From: Thermoproteota archaeon
GTDB taxonomy: Archaea > Thermoproteota > Thermoprotei > Thermofilales > B9-G17
DNA length: 64,000 nucleotides
NCBI GenBank assembly: GCA_029258885.1
Contig: JAPDJW010000019.1
Span: forward strand, 1 to 64,000
Direction: 5' to 3'
Shown here: positions 19,550-28,984 of the stretch, one piece after another
Position numbering within the stretch: position 1 is the stretch's first letter
Layout: each line of letters begins with the position of its first letter
Program-made: the position numbers and the translations under genes
The notes under the pieces: generated by a model
The model's database searches: none
What the model was told of the DNA's origin: nothing
What the model saw: the letters and a program-made list of their open reading frames with translations, nothing else

Positions 19550-20863
19550 ATGCCAACTTTCTCAGATAAATGTTTGGACGTGTTTAAGTTTAAGCTTAGG
19601 TATTTTGGTTCTAAGCCTAGGGTATTTGAATATATTTCGAGATATTCGCAGGCTAATGATGTTGTTTTTGATCCATTTGCTGGAATGGGAACTATTACTG
19701 TTCAGGCCCTTGCGATGGAAAGGAGGGCTATATACAATGATTTGAATCCTGTCGCATATTTTGCATTTAAGACTATTGTTGAGGCGTCTTCTAGCGATCT
19801 TTGTTTTCGTGATGTTATTAGGGCTATGGGGGATGTTTTACGCTGTTTGGTTGCTACTGTCAGGGATCGACGAGAAGGGCTTACTAAGATTAATGTGGAG
19901 GATCTTTACTTGGTGAACGATATTCCAGCTAGGTTCTTTGTGTGGAATGGTTCTGAGATAGAATATGCGGTGCTTGTAGATGGGACTATTGTGAGAAGTT
20001 CTATGGGAGATTTTACTTGTAGTTTTGAGCCACTACACTATAGTCTCGCTAAGCTTTACTATGAATCTGGGGTGCCGTTCTATACTAGGAGATCTGTTGA
20101 CGATTTAGCTGAATTGTTTAGCAGGAGAAATTTCATAGCTCTAAAGGCTTTATATGAAGCTATTGAGAGGAAGAGCGAAGGTTTAGTTAGGGACTTATTG
20201 AAAGTTGCCTTTCTCTATTCGCTCTATAAATGTAGTCGTATGCAGCATTTAAGCGGCGGTAGCTGGCCTGTGCCGAAGTATTGGGTGCCTAGGAGACATA
20301 TCGAGTATAATCCTCTTATTGCCTTCAGGGAGAGCGTTAAAAGGATATTGAATGTTGTTAAATCGTTGAGGAGATATTTAGGTAAAGTATCTATAGGTGA
20401 TCTAACAGCTCTGCTTAGAGGGGAGGCCGACCTAAATATCATCAATCGTGATGCTAGATATCTCGATTTTCTTCCTGATGCTTCCGTGGATTATATAATT
20501 ACCGATCCACCCATGGTTGATGAGGTTCAATATCTTGAGTTAAGCTATTTCTATGCCGTTTGGCTTGGTTTAGATATGCCTTTTTCAAAGGAGTTTATAG
20601 TTAATCCTAAGCGTGGGCAGGATTTCGAATACTATATGCGATGTTTTCGATGTTTTATATCGGATGCGTATAGGGTTTTAAAGGATGACGGATTTTTAAC
20701 GTTAATAATTCATGATGTTAAAGGATTATACCGTATTATCCTCGATATTGCCCGTGAACATGGATTTAAACTAGTGGGGATTGATACTAAGGTAAGATTT
20801 AGAGGCATGAATGCGAGGCTTAGCATGGATAGAGAGCTTTACATCACCTTCGGTAAGCATTAG
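19550..20863 (+). CDS. DNA amino-methyltransferase (N6-A/N4-C), motif I before motif IV; catalytic motif reads DPPM
   Basis: RYFGSK, FDPFAGMGT, and YIITDPPMVDEVQYLELS (codons ACC GAT CCA CCC ATG). Confidence 0.85.
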   Translation: MPTFSDKCLDVFKFKLRYFGSKPRVFEYISRYSQANDVVFDPFAGMGTITVQALAMERRAIYNDLNPVAYFAFKTIVEASSSDLCFRDVIRAMGDVLRCLVATVRDRREGLTKINVEDLYLVNDIPARFFVWNGSEIEYAVLVDGTIVRSSMGDFTCSFEPLHYSLAKLYYESGVPFYTRRSVDDLAELFSRRNFIALKALYEAIERKSEGLVRDLLKVAFLYSLYKCSRMQHLSGGSWPVPKYWVPRRHIEYNPLIAFRESVKRILNVVKSLRRYLGKVSIGDLTALLRGEADLNIINRDARYLDFLPDASVDYIITDPPMVDEVQYLELSYFYAVWLGLDMPFSKEFIVNPKRGQDFEYYMRCFRCFISDAYRVLKDDGFLTLIIHDVKGLYRIILDIAREHGFKLVGIDTKVRFRGMNARLSMDRELYITFGKH

Positions 20864-21120
20864 CTTATGTTAAATAATGTCGCGTTATGGCGTATTTTAA
20901 TAAATAAGGCTAAAGTTGAAGTGAATGAAACTTGAGGCTTTATTGTGAATGTTATGTCTAGTAAATGGAGTATAATTATGAGGTATTGGAGGCTGTCTAC
21001 GTTTTAGCTTTTAGGATTTCGCCTGTGTTCAAGTATTTTTGTTTAGTTTGCTACTTTAGTTAGGTTGAATGTTGAGTAATATTTTTATTTGTATGGTTTT
21101 ATTGGGAAGTTGGTGGTGTT

Positions 21121-21879
21121 GTGAGGGTTAGGGTTGGTGGTAGGGTTTTTGAGGTTTGTAGGGAGGATGTGTTTAAGGCTGTTAGGGGTGTTAAGCCTGA
21201 GCCTTTGTCTGGTAGGAGGAAGTATTATGTTGAGATTGATGGGAGGAGGTATCCTATTAAGCAGGTTGTTGGTCTGCTGCTTGGTTTGCCTAGGGTGGCT
21301 TTTACGGCTATGGAAGCTTATAGGGTTCTTACGAGGCTTGGTTTTGAGGTGAAGTCGCGGGAGGATGTTAAGGTTTCCGGTGAGGTCTTGGCTGGCGAGT
21401 TGGTGGAGTGGATTTTTGATGAGTTAAGTAGGGTGTTTTCGTCTCATGATGGGCTTGAGGTTTTTGTTGTTCATAGGGCTAAGTTTGAGGGCTGGGTTAA
21501 GGTTGAGCTTGCCCGTGTTCTTGGGAGGCGTTTTAGGGATGTGGTTCCGGAGGTGGATAATATTGATCTTGTTGCTGATGGCTGGGCTATTGAGATAAAG
21601 ACTGTGAATACTAACTATAGTTTTCCCGGTGTGCTTGTGAAGCATAGGCCTATAACGAAGAATATTATGGATGTTGTGGGGGATATAAGGAAGCTTAAGG
21701 CTAAGGCTGGATATAGGTGTAGGGCTGTGTTTTTCGTGGTGTTTCCGCTGCCGGATAGGGTTATGAATCAGTGGCGTATTCATCTTAGCAAGATAAGTAG
21801 GGAGTTAAAGCATATGTATTCACGTAAATTTAAGTTTAAAAACGGTGTGCCGGGAGTAATGTACTTGGGACTAATATGA
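21121..21879 (+). CDS. Two-domain protein: SCO5918-like N-terminal domain plus PD-(D/E)XK nuclease-like domain
   Basis: VKPEP..YYVEIDGRRYPIKQV..FTA.EA.R.L..LGF, then FEGWVKVE..IDLV....AIEIKT. Confidence 0.6.
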   Translation: MRVRVGGRVFEVCREDVFKAVRGVKPEPLSGRRKYYVEIDGRRYPIKQVVGLLLGLPRVAFTAMEAYRVLTRLGFEVKSREDVKVSGEVLAGELVEWIFDELSRVFSSHDGLEVFVVHRAKFEGWVKVELARVLGRRFRDVVPEVDNIDLVADGWAIEIKTVNTNYSFPGVLVKHRPITKNIMDVVGDIRKLKAKAGYRCRAVFFVVFPLPDRVMNQWRIHLSKISRELKHMYSRKFKFKNGVPGVMYLGLI

Positions 21880-21970
21880 TCTGATATAGTTTACTTAGTC
21901 TATACGGATAATTTTGGTGTGTATCTTGGAAAGATATATACGTTTATGGTAATATATAGTTAGTGTAGCT

Positions 21971-22213
21971 GTGATTAGTGCTGTTAGGCTGGTTAATAGT
22001 TACTCCGATAGGTTTAATGAGATGGAGAGGAGAGTTGATGGGCTTTTGATGGATTTAGCTGCTGAGGTGGAGGAGGTTACTGGTTTTGCTGTAGAGATAG
22101 GTTCGTTGGATATTGATTTAAGGACTACTGTTAGTGTGCTTGAAAAGATGGGTGAGTCCTTTTATAGGAGGGCTAAGGCGGTTCTGGTTAATGAGGAGCT
22201 ATTGGTATGGTAG
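21971..22213 (+). CDS. Small acidic hypothetical protein
   Basis: 80-aa GTG-start ORF with host-like codon style; no motif. Confidence 0.45.
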   Translation: MISAVRLVNSYSDRFNEMERRVDGLLMDLAAEVEEVTGFAVEIGSLDIDLRTTVSVLEKMGESFYRRAKAVLVNEELLVW

Positions 22214-22405
22214 AATGAACCAGGTTTAGTGATCGGAGTAATGTCATGCTACTTCTATCAATATATTAGGCTGGTATTTGGTCTATTATTTTTCTTAGCT
22301 TTTTGTTCGTTTGGATTAGAAAATCCTTAAATTTTTCCCTGTCTGGTTGTATTATGAATAGTGACAGTTCGTAGCTGTTTGCCACTGACTCTAGAGATAT
22401 ACATC

Positions 22406-22961
22406 CTAGCAAGCTCCCTTGAACAAATATTCTTTTAGCGTGTTTAGGGCTTCTCTGCGTGTTAGTGTGCCGTACCTAGAAAGGTATAGGAAATCTAGTA
22501 GGGTTTTTTGAGGTCTGAATATATTAGCTCGTCTCTTTTAATAAGGCCGAACTCCGCCATCCCCTGCTTAATTTTTACGAGTTTTACTTTTTCACCTACT
22601 ATTTTTATGATTTTAGGTCTGAAGAGGGAGTAGCTTACTATGAAGATTACGTCATAGTGCTCGTGGGTTACCCCATTTAGCCTTAATGCGGTATAGAGGC
22701 CGAAGTACCATTTGTCCCCAACTTGTTCATACCTGGCGATAAAATCCTTAGAGGATTCAAGCTCTTCCTTAATTTGAACTCCTCGATAGTCTTAACATAG
22801 TAGAGGCCTCTTAGTATTCTGATCACATATCCATATCTTATAATGTGGTTCATGAAGTAGTCGGGATTTACTTTAAACCTCTCACATAAGTCAGCTATTT
22901 CAACCCTAGTTATAACCTTGTCTCCATGCCTTGATAACAGATATCTAGTTACGGCTTTCAT
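22406..22961 (-). pseudogene. Frameshifted AbiEi-like (type IV TA) antitoxin
   Basis: N-terminal wHTH (VITRVEI...IRILRGLYYV). After an apparent 1-nt deletion near 22711-22722 the next frame reads WYFGLYTALRLNGVTHE...IYSDLKKPLLDFLY to a TAG at 22406-22408. Confidence 0.75.
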
Positions 22962-23046
22962 GTAGATAGTTATATAACAACCGTCAACTTTTTTAACGCT
23001 TGTTATATAACTAACGGATTTGCGAAATTTTCTCTAATGCTAACAC

Positions 23047-23139
23047 CTATAGAGAACCTTCAGGATCTATGTTGGTGTCGATGTTGGATGTGTAGAAATA
23101 TTTCATGAAGAACTGTGTATCATAGACTTTATTCTTCAT
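23047..23139 (-). pseudogene. Truncated VapC/PIN toxin remnant
   Basis: ATG overlaps the AbrB stop (ATGA). Reads MKNKVYDTQFF (first PIN strand and Asp) and stops after 30 codons. Confidence 0.6.
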
Positions 23140-23381
23140 ATATCTTCTTCTCTCAGTTTATCTAGCATTTTCTTCATTTTCTCTGGGGTTGCTTTGCTGG
23201 CTCCTGTTCCTCCGAGGTCGAATATCGTGGGTATGGGCTTCATGATTATTTTGTTGTCTTCAAGCCATATGGCTAGTTTTCCGCCTTTCTCTAGGCCTAT
23301 TTTTCTCCTTATTTTGGCTGGTATTGTTACTTGTCCTTTTCTAGTGATGGTGACTTCCATGGTGTTTTCGCTTGTTGGCAT
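23136..23381 (-). CDS. AbrB/MazE/SpoVT-family antitoxin
   Basis: ITRKGQVTIPAKIRRKIGLEKGGKL...IIMKP. Confidence 0.9.
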   Translation of the reverse strand: MPTSENTMEVTITRKGQVTIPAKIRRKIGLEKGGKLAIWLEDNKIIMKPIPTIFDLGGTGASKATPEKMKKMLDKLREEDI

Positions 23382-23568
23382 TGCTATAATTGATGTGCTG
23401 TAATATTTAAGGATGCTGTTGGCTTTTTCTGTGCTTTAGTGCTATGATATTCTTGGGCTGGCTTTGTGGGTTTAATGGCTTTGTGTAGATATATGTATGT
23501 GTGTTTTGTTGTTATATTTGAGGATGTTGTTGTGTAGGTGTTGTTTGGGCGGGTTGTTGCGGGGTAGG

Positions 23569-24894
23569 ATGGGTGGTTTGGAGAGGTTGTTGAGGGTTTA
23601 TTGTCTGGCTAATGCTTTGGGTGGGCTTGGGGGGACTGTTTATGTGAGGAAGGATTTTGTTTTGAGGGTTGAGAGTAGGTCTAGGGGGTTGTTGCCGCTT
23701 TATAAGGGTTTTTCTGCCGACTATATGATGCAGTATTTCTTGAGGTCGTATATTGTATCGGATTTTATTGATCTGTTGTTGTTCTTTATTAAGGTTTTAG
23801 GGGATGTTAGGGTTCATGTTAAGGGTAGGGTTCAGTTGATTATGGTTGAGGATTTTTCATCTGTTTCCTTGGAGAGGGAGCCTACAAGCTATTTGGCTAA
23901 GGTGTCTCTGAGTTTTCCTGGACTATTTAGAGGTGGATGTGTGGATTTATCTGTGAGGGATTACCTTTATGCCCGTGCAATAGAGGCTGTGAGGAGGGGG
24001 CTTAGCGGGAATCTGTCTATTGAATCCTATGGTGTTCGGGGGCCTTGGAGGGGGCTTAATGGTAGGCAGGTGGGTTTTCTCGTTAGGTCTTTGAGGAACT
24101 ATTCTCTTGAGGAGCTTTACTCGATATTTGCTTCGCTTAATCCATCTAGGAGTGATTTTGAGTTGAGGGCGGGTCTGGATATATTCGAGTATGGTCGGGA
24201 TGTGGCTGAGGTTTTTCTCTCGGTGTTGGGTAGGTTTAAGGGTAGGGCCGTATGTGGGAGGCTGAATAGGGCTGTATCGGAGGTTGAGGCGGCTGTATTG
24301 GGGAATAGGGATAAGCTTAACCCAATACTGCCTGATAGGGGGTTTGTGGAATGGCTGTTGGAGTCTATCGAGCATTTATCTGAGTGGGCGAGGATTGATA
24401 GGAGCGAGTTGCGAAGGATGCTTCCGTTCCTTGATAGGAGTGTGGTTATAAGGCTGTGGGAGAGGTCTGTAGATGACCTCTTTATGGGCTTTTATGCGGG
24501 TACGTGTATTGCGCTGGATGATAGGAAGGTTATGCACGAATACATCTTTGATCCATATACTATCTTCTTTAGGATATACGTTAATGAGAAGCCTATTGGC
24601 CACGTAAAGGTATTTATCTGTAGGGATGAGGATGGAGAAGTAGTGCTACACATCGACTACATAGGCTTAGCTGGTGGGAAGTATAGGAGGCTTCACGATG
24701 CTTTAAAGCTGTACTCCCTATCAGCTGTAGTAAGGTATGCAATGTCTAAAGGCTATAGGAGGGTGTATGTTGCAAGGGATATTGTGCAACTACCTCTGAA
24801 ACCGGTTGAGAATAGGCTGGCTAAATTGGGTAGACACGTGTATTCACAGTATCTCGATAGTGATAAGTTCCTAATATGGAGTTCATCTACATAG
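23569..24894 (+). CDS. Hypothetical protein with possible GNAT-like C-terminal fold
   Basis: Likely start is ATG 23569 (MGGLERLL; the ORF track uses 23497). C-terminal RLWERSVDDLFMGFYAGTCIA...IGHVKVF...LHIDYIG. Confidence 0.6.
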   Translation: MGGLERLLRVYCLANALGGLGGTVYVRKDFVLRVESRSRGLLPLYKGFSADYMMQYFLRSYIVSDFIDLLLFFIKVLGDVRVHVKGRVQLIMVEDFSSVSLEREPTSYLAKVSLSFPGLFRGGCVDLSVRDYLYARAIEAVRRGLSGNLSIESYGVRGPWRGLNGRQVGFLVRSLRNYSLEELYSIFASLNPSRSDFELRAGLDIFEYGRDVAEVFLSVLGRFKGRAVCGRLNRAVSEVEAAVLGNRDKLNPILPDRGFVEWLLESIEHLSEWARIDRSELRRMLPFLDRSVVIRLWERSVDDLFMGFYAGTCIALDDRKVMHEYIFDPYTIFFRIYVNEKPIGHVKVFICRDEDGEVVLHIDYIGLAGGKYRRLHDALKLYSLSAVVRYAMSKGYRRVYVARDIVQLPLKPVENRLAKLGRHVYSQYLDSDKFLIWSSST

Positions 24895-24977
24895 CCTGGG
24901 CTTAATTTATTGCCTTATCGGCTTAACTAATTTTAGATCATTTCATTTCCGCTTACCGCTGGACAGGCATACTTCTT

Positions 24978-25260
24978 TTAAATGTTAATAACGCGACTAT
25001 TAAAAATTTAGAGTTTAAAATTGCTATAGAAATATTTGGATTAGGGAATGTGAAAACATTACTGTTTTGGAAAACAATCTTTCCCGGGAGTTTATGGAAT
25101 AGACATCACATATTCATCAGGAATAGTCGTTAAAGACGATATATTCGCGGAAAATGGCTTATATGTATTTATGTCTCCGGATAATATCGTTGAAAATAAT
25201 ACGTGTACTAGGTATATATTGTTTGAACGGTTTACTTTACTCCATTTTATGGTTAAATAG
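24978..25260 (+). pseudogene. NosD/CASH-type right-handed beta-helix remnant
   Basis: Across shifting frames it reads NATIKNLEFK / IWIRECENITVLENNLS / YGIDITYSSGIVVKDDIFAENGLYVFMSPDNIVENNTC. Confidence 0.55.
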
Positions 25261-25420
25261 CTACCGGTTTAATGGAGCGGACTGTATTAGTGGCGTATTG
25301 CTTCTGTGGGATAGGCTGGTTAAATAAGTGTTCTTTGGAGTAGCTTTATTGTTGGAGGTATGATTCTGGGGTATGTTTGTTGCGTTGTGGTTGGGAATGT
25401 TTATTAGGTAGTAGGGTATT

Positions 25421-25458
25421 TTACTAACGGGGTGTTAGTTTACTAACGGGGTGTTAGT
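25421..25458 (+). repeat. Perfect tandem 2 x 19-bp repeat TTACTAACGGGGTGTTAGT; each unit palindromic (ACTAAC-N5-GTTAGT)
   Basis: Units at 25421-25439 and 25440-25458, ending immediately before ATG 25459. Confidence 0.95.
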
Positions 25459-26544
25459 ATGTTCTTTGATCCTAAGCCTAAGATGTGTAGGGAGGATTTA
25501 TATGATAGGGAGAGAGAGTTGCGGGAGTTTGAGTTGGCTTTATCGTCGTCACCTTTGACTGTTGTTACGGGTATTAGAAGGCTGGGTAAGACCTCCCTTA
25601 TTCTGGTGGGTTTGAGTGGGAGGCCGAGTGTTATAGTGGATTTAAGGGGTGTTGCTCAGGCTAGGAGGGCGCTTTATAAGAGGATAGAGTTTGCATTAAA
25701 TCAGTTCTTTAGGAGTCATAGAAGCTTATGGGATAGGGTGCGTGATAAACTTAGGGTGGTTAGTGGGGTTGAGGTGCTGGGGGTGGGGGTTTATCTCTCC
25801 TGGGGTAAGGGTGAGACTGATCTCGCGGCTCTTTTTAGGAGCCTTGAGGACTATGAGGTGGTTTTGGTGTTTGATGAGGTGCAGTATATAAGGGGTCCCA
25901 TGGGGAGGGAGTTGGCGGAGACAATAGCGTATCTCTACGACTACTCCGACTTAAGGATTGTTGTTAGTGGGTCTGAGGTTGGGCTTCTCTACGATTTTCT
26001 GGGGTTAGAGAATCCTAGGGCTCCGCTCTATGGCAGATACTTTAGGGAGGTGAGGCTAGCGCCATTTACTAGGGAGCAGAGCATAGATTTCCTGAGGAGA
26101 GGTTTTGAGCAATTCAGGGTTGATGTGCCCGAGGACGTGCTGGAGGAGGCGGTTGAGAAGCTGAATGGAATAGTGGGCTGGCTGGTTTACTTCGGTCTAA
26201 GGTATATTGAGAAGCGCGGCGGAGATGGTGTAGTTGAGGAAATTGTAGAGGAGGCTGGCAGGCTAGCGCTGGAGGAGTTTATTAAGTTCACTAGGAAGCA
26301 TCTGCCAGCGGATAAGAGGATGCTAGAGGTTGCGAAAGCTATAGCTCGGGGACAGGATACTTGGACGAGTATAAAGCGGCATCTAGAGGACGTGGAGAAG
26401 AGAACTGTCCCAGATATGACGCTCAGCCGTACGTTAAAGGCACTATTAAAATCATCCTATGTAAAGAAGATTGTCGAGGGGAGAAATATTCGCTACGTTA
26501 TAGCTGACCCAACGTTAAAGTATGCGCTACAGAAACTCGGCTAA
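25459..26544 (+). CDS. Archaeal ATPase (ATPase_2/AAA) with C-terminal wHTH
   Basis: MFFDPKPK..REDLYDRERE, GIRRLGKTS, FDEVQY, SGSEVGLL, and C-terminal Y.IADP. Confidence 0.9.
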   Translation: MFFDPKPKMCREDLYDRERELREFELALSSSPLTVVTGIRRLGKTSLILVGLSGRPSVIVDLRGVAQARRALYKRIEFALNQFFRSHRSLWDRVRDKLRVVSGVEVLGVGVYLSWGKGETDLAALFRSLEDYEVVLVFDEVQYIRGPMGRELAETIAYLYDYSDLRIVVSGSEVGLLYDFLGLENPRAPLYGRYFREVRLAPFTREQSIDFLRRGFEQFRVDVPEDVLEEAVEKLNGIVGWLVYFGLRYIEKRGGDGVVEEIVEEAGRLALEEFIKFTRKHLPADKRMLEVAKAIARGQDTWTSIKRHLEDVEKRTVPDMTLSRTLKALLKSSYVKKIVEGRNIRYVIADPTLKYALQKLG

Positions 26545-26666
26545 CGTTATAGCTTCACTACAGTATAGGGACTGCTACTGTATGGCTAATAGCATGGGTG
26601 AAACTATAGGTTTTCGTAAACTATTAACTTAGTACCCTAAGTTTTCTAAAATATTAAATATTCAAG

Positions 26667-27488
26667 TTAAAGTATTTTTAATAGGGCTTCTATGGCGACG
26701 AAGATTCCTACTCCTATAATTGATAGGGCGTATGCTAGTCTTAGTAGGTAGGGTGGGGATATTTTCGTCATTTTAGCGCCGATCCACGATGCAAAGAGGG
26801 TTGGGATGCCTATTGCTAGGAAGAGTGTCCACTTCATGAAGCCGTGGTATGTTAGGACTGTGGTTCCGAGGCCGCCTGTGAATATCATTTCGGTGCTTGA
26901 GGTTCCTACTGCTACGTGGGTGGGGTATCCGAGTCCTATGAATATTGGGATGTAGTATATTCCTCCTCCGAAGCCGCATATTCCGGTGGCAAAGCCTGCT
27001 AGGAACATCAATGTGAAGAGCTTGTATCCGTGCTCTAACTCCCCTATTTCTGTAAGGCTAACTATCTTCCTCAATTTTCCCTTCATTTTTAGGGTTTTGT
27101 TGAGGACGTATATGCCTATGAGGGTGCATGCTGTGCCGAAGATGACTCTGAGTAGGAGTCTTGGAACGTATTTTGCGACGATGTAGGCTCCGATGCTTAC
27201 TCCGAGGCAGGCTGCTATAGCCGATACGATAAGCCCCTTCTTGTATACGTATTTGTTTCTGAAGTGTACTATTACGCCGGGCAGCGTCGTTAGGGCGATT
27301 ATAGCCTGATTTATACAGTAGGCTGTCTTTATCGGTACGTTGAAGAGGTATATCAGCATCGGTATTCTCAGGAAGCAGCCGCCTACTCCTAGCCATGTTG
27401 CCATAAATCCTGGAATTAATGCTGTTAGGATCACGTAGAGCCAATATAATAGGAGATCCATGAAATCACCATTTGAAAAATTTTTCAA
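26667..27488 (-). CDS. Sulfite exporter TauE/SafE family membrane protein
   Basis: GVGGCFLRIPML and GFGGGIYYIP repeats, AVGTS; hydrophobic. True start may be MDLLLYW. Confidence 0.85.
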   Translation of the reverse strand: MKNFSNGDFMDLLLYWLYVILTALIPGFMATWLGVGGCFLRIPMLIYLFNVPIKTAYCINQAIIALTTLPGVIVHFRNKYVYKKGLIVSAIAACLGVSIGAYIVAKYVPRLLLRVIFGTACTLIGIYVLNKTLKMKGKLRKIVSLTEIGELEHGYKLFTLMFLAGFATGICGFGGGIYYIPIFIGLGYPTHVAVGTSSTEMIFTGGLGTTVLTYHGFMKWTLFLAIGIPTLFASWIGAKMTKISPPYLLRLAYALSIIGVGIFVAIEALLKIL

Positions 27489-27535
27489 ATGATAATATTT
27501 AAGGTTTTCGTTACAATAAAAGTCTCGGTGAATGT

Positions 27536-27925
27536 ATGAGGGTAATCGAGATACTACGGGAAATTAACATGCCTCAGGACGTTATCGAATACTATAGGGC
27601 GGAGGGCAGATTGAATGAGGTAGTTAAGATCCCTGAGGATGAGGAGATAAGGGAAATTGTGGAGGCCTTTAAGTGTCTCTCGAATCCGATAAGGCTTAAA
27701 TTAATATTGTTGTTGAGTAAGCCGCACTGCGTATGTGTATTGGCTAGGCTGTCTGGATATGATGTAACGTTAATATCTCATCATCTTGCAAAATTAAAGA
27801 AATGTAACCTCGTCAAGGCTAAACCTGTAGCAAGAGCGAGAATATATGTGAGAAATGAGGAGTTTTTGAGGGAGCTTTTTACGAAGCTAATGGTTTTCTT
27901 CAACGTGAAAATTAGTGCTACCTAG
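27536..27925 (+). CDS. ArsR/SmtB-family transcriptional regulator
   Basis: FKCLSNPIRLKLILLL..PHCVC.L......LISHHLAKLK; divergent from tauE. Confidence 0.88.
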   Translation: MRVIEILREINMPQDVIEYYRAEGRLNEVVKIPEDEEIREIVEAFKCLSNPIRLKLILLLSKPHCVCVLARLSGYDVTLISHHLAKLKKCNLVKAKPVARARIYVRNEEFLRELFTKLMVFFNVKISAT

Positions 27926-27938
27926 GAGCGTTAAAGCC

Positions 27939-28616
27939 CTATTTTCTACGTTTCCTATGCTTCATTTTCGCGTAGCCTATGATTTTTCCAAATAGTTTTG
28001 ATATTTTTGGTATTGTCGGTAGGTAGCCTACGTCTTCGGCAGCTGCTGTCAGCATTATGGTTTTATCGAAGATATGTATCTCCGTGTAGTCTGCATCGTA
28101 TGACTCTAGATGTTCGTCTATGTCCTCCGAATACTTTATCCTCGCTTCCTCTAGTTCATCCTTCATTTTCTCGTATAGCTCCTCATCTATGTGACCTACT
28201 GCGATTAAGTTTGCGTATCCTATTAACCCCTTCATGTTTACGCCAAATGATGATACCCTCAGTTTCGAGTTTTTACATTGCTCGAAGTTTAACATTATCT
28301 CGTTTTTCTCTATATCTATGGTCATATCATTTAGGATATAGTGGCCCTTACATTCAAGTACCTCTAGCACCTTTCCTACGAGACCTTGATATAGGAAATA
28401 GTATCCTTCTATAGCTTCCAGCAATGCCAGTAACAGCCTCTCCTTTCTCGGTACATATTTATGGTTTTTCATTAGGCTTGTTAGAAAGTGTTTATCATAA
28501 CGGAACGCCTCAATCAATGATTGTATTGTTTCCTCCCACCTGTAGCCTATTTCCATGTAGAAGTCCTCTAAAGCCTCTATCTGTCTCTTAGTTAATTTTA
28601 TCGATATTTGTGTCAT
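27939..28616 (-). CDS. Hypothetical protein (possible RHH-like N-terminus)
   Basis: 225-aa AT-rich ORF starting MTQISIKLT; otherwise unrecognised. Confidence 0.6.
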   Translation of the reverse strand: MTQISIKLTKRQIEALEDFYMEIGYRWEETIQSLIEAFRYDKHFLTSLMKNHKYVPRKERLLLALLEAIEGYYFLYQGLVGKVLEVLECKGHYILNDMTIDIEKNEIMLNFEQCKNSKLRVSSFGVNMKGLIGYANLIAVGHIDEELYEKMKDELEEARIKYSEDIDEHLESYDADYTEIHIFDKTIMLTAAAEDVGYLPTIPKISKLFGKIIGYAKMKHRKRRK

Positions 28617-28744
28617 GTATAAATAAGTTCCTGCTTTGCAAATTTTTATTTTTCTATACTCATTTTACAAAACGTAGTTTAATTACCGCTTCTATCGGGA
28701 GAATTTCTTAGGAAAGAATATATTTTCTTTTATGATAGTACATT

Positions 28745-28984
28745 TTGATGCCTATTGTTAAGATTATGCCTAATTTTCAAGTTGTAATTCCCAAGGATGT
28801 TAGAGAGAAGCTTAATTTAAGGGTAGGCGACCTACTCAGGGTAGAGATTGAAGATGATAAAATAGTTTTAATTCCGATGGTCAGGCGTAAAGGTGATCCG
28901 GTAAAGGAGTTGCTTAGTCTCATAAGGGAGCCACTGGATATTGATGCTGTAAGGCTTATCGAGAAATCCTGGAATGAAGATTAA
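28745..28984 (+). CDS. AbrB/MazE/SpoVT-family antitoxin
   Basis: NFQVVIPKDVREKLNLRVGDLLRVEIEDDKIVLIP. Confidence 0.9.
   Translation: MMPIVKIMPNFQVVIPKDVREKLNLRVGDLLRVEIEDDKIVLIPMVRRKGDPVKELLSLIREPLDIDAVRLIEKSWNED

Noticed and set aside
8890-20863. Canonical Dpd (7-deazaguanine) or canonical DISARM call
   Set aside because: No dpdA/TGT or queuosine-pathway genes are in the window, and gene number and fusions differ from DISARM I/II. Kept only as similarity.
25421-25458. Repeat pair as a mini-CRISPR array
   Set aside because: Only two 19-bp units with no spacer and no cas genes. No CRISPR array was seen anywhere in the window.
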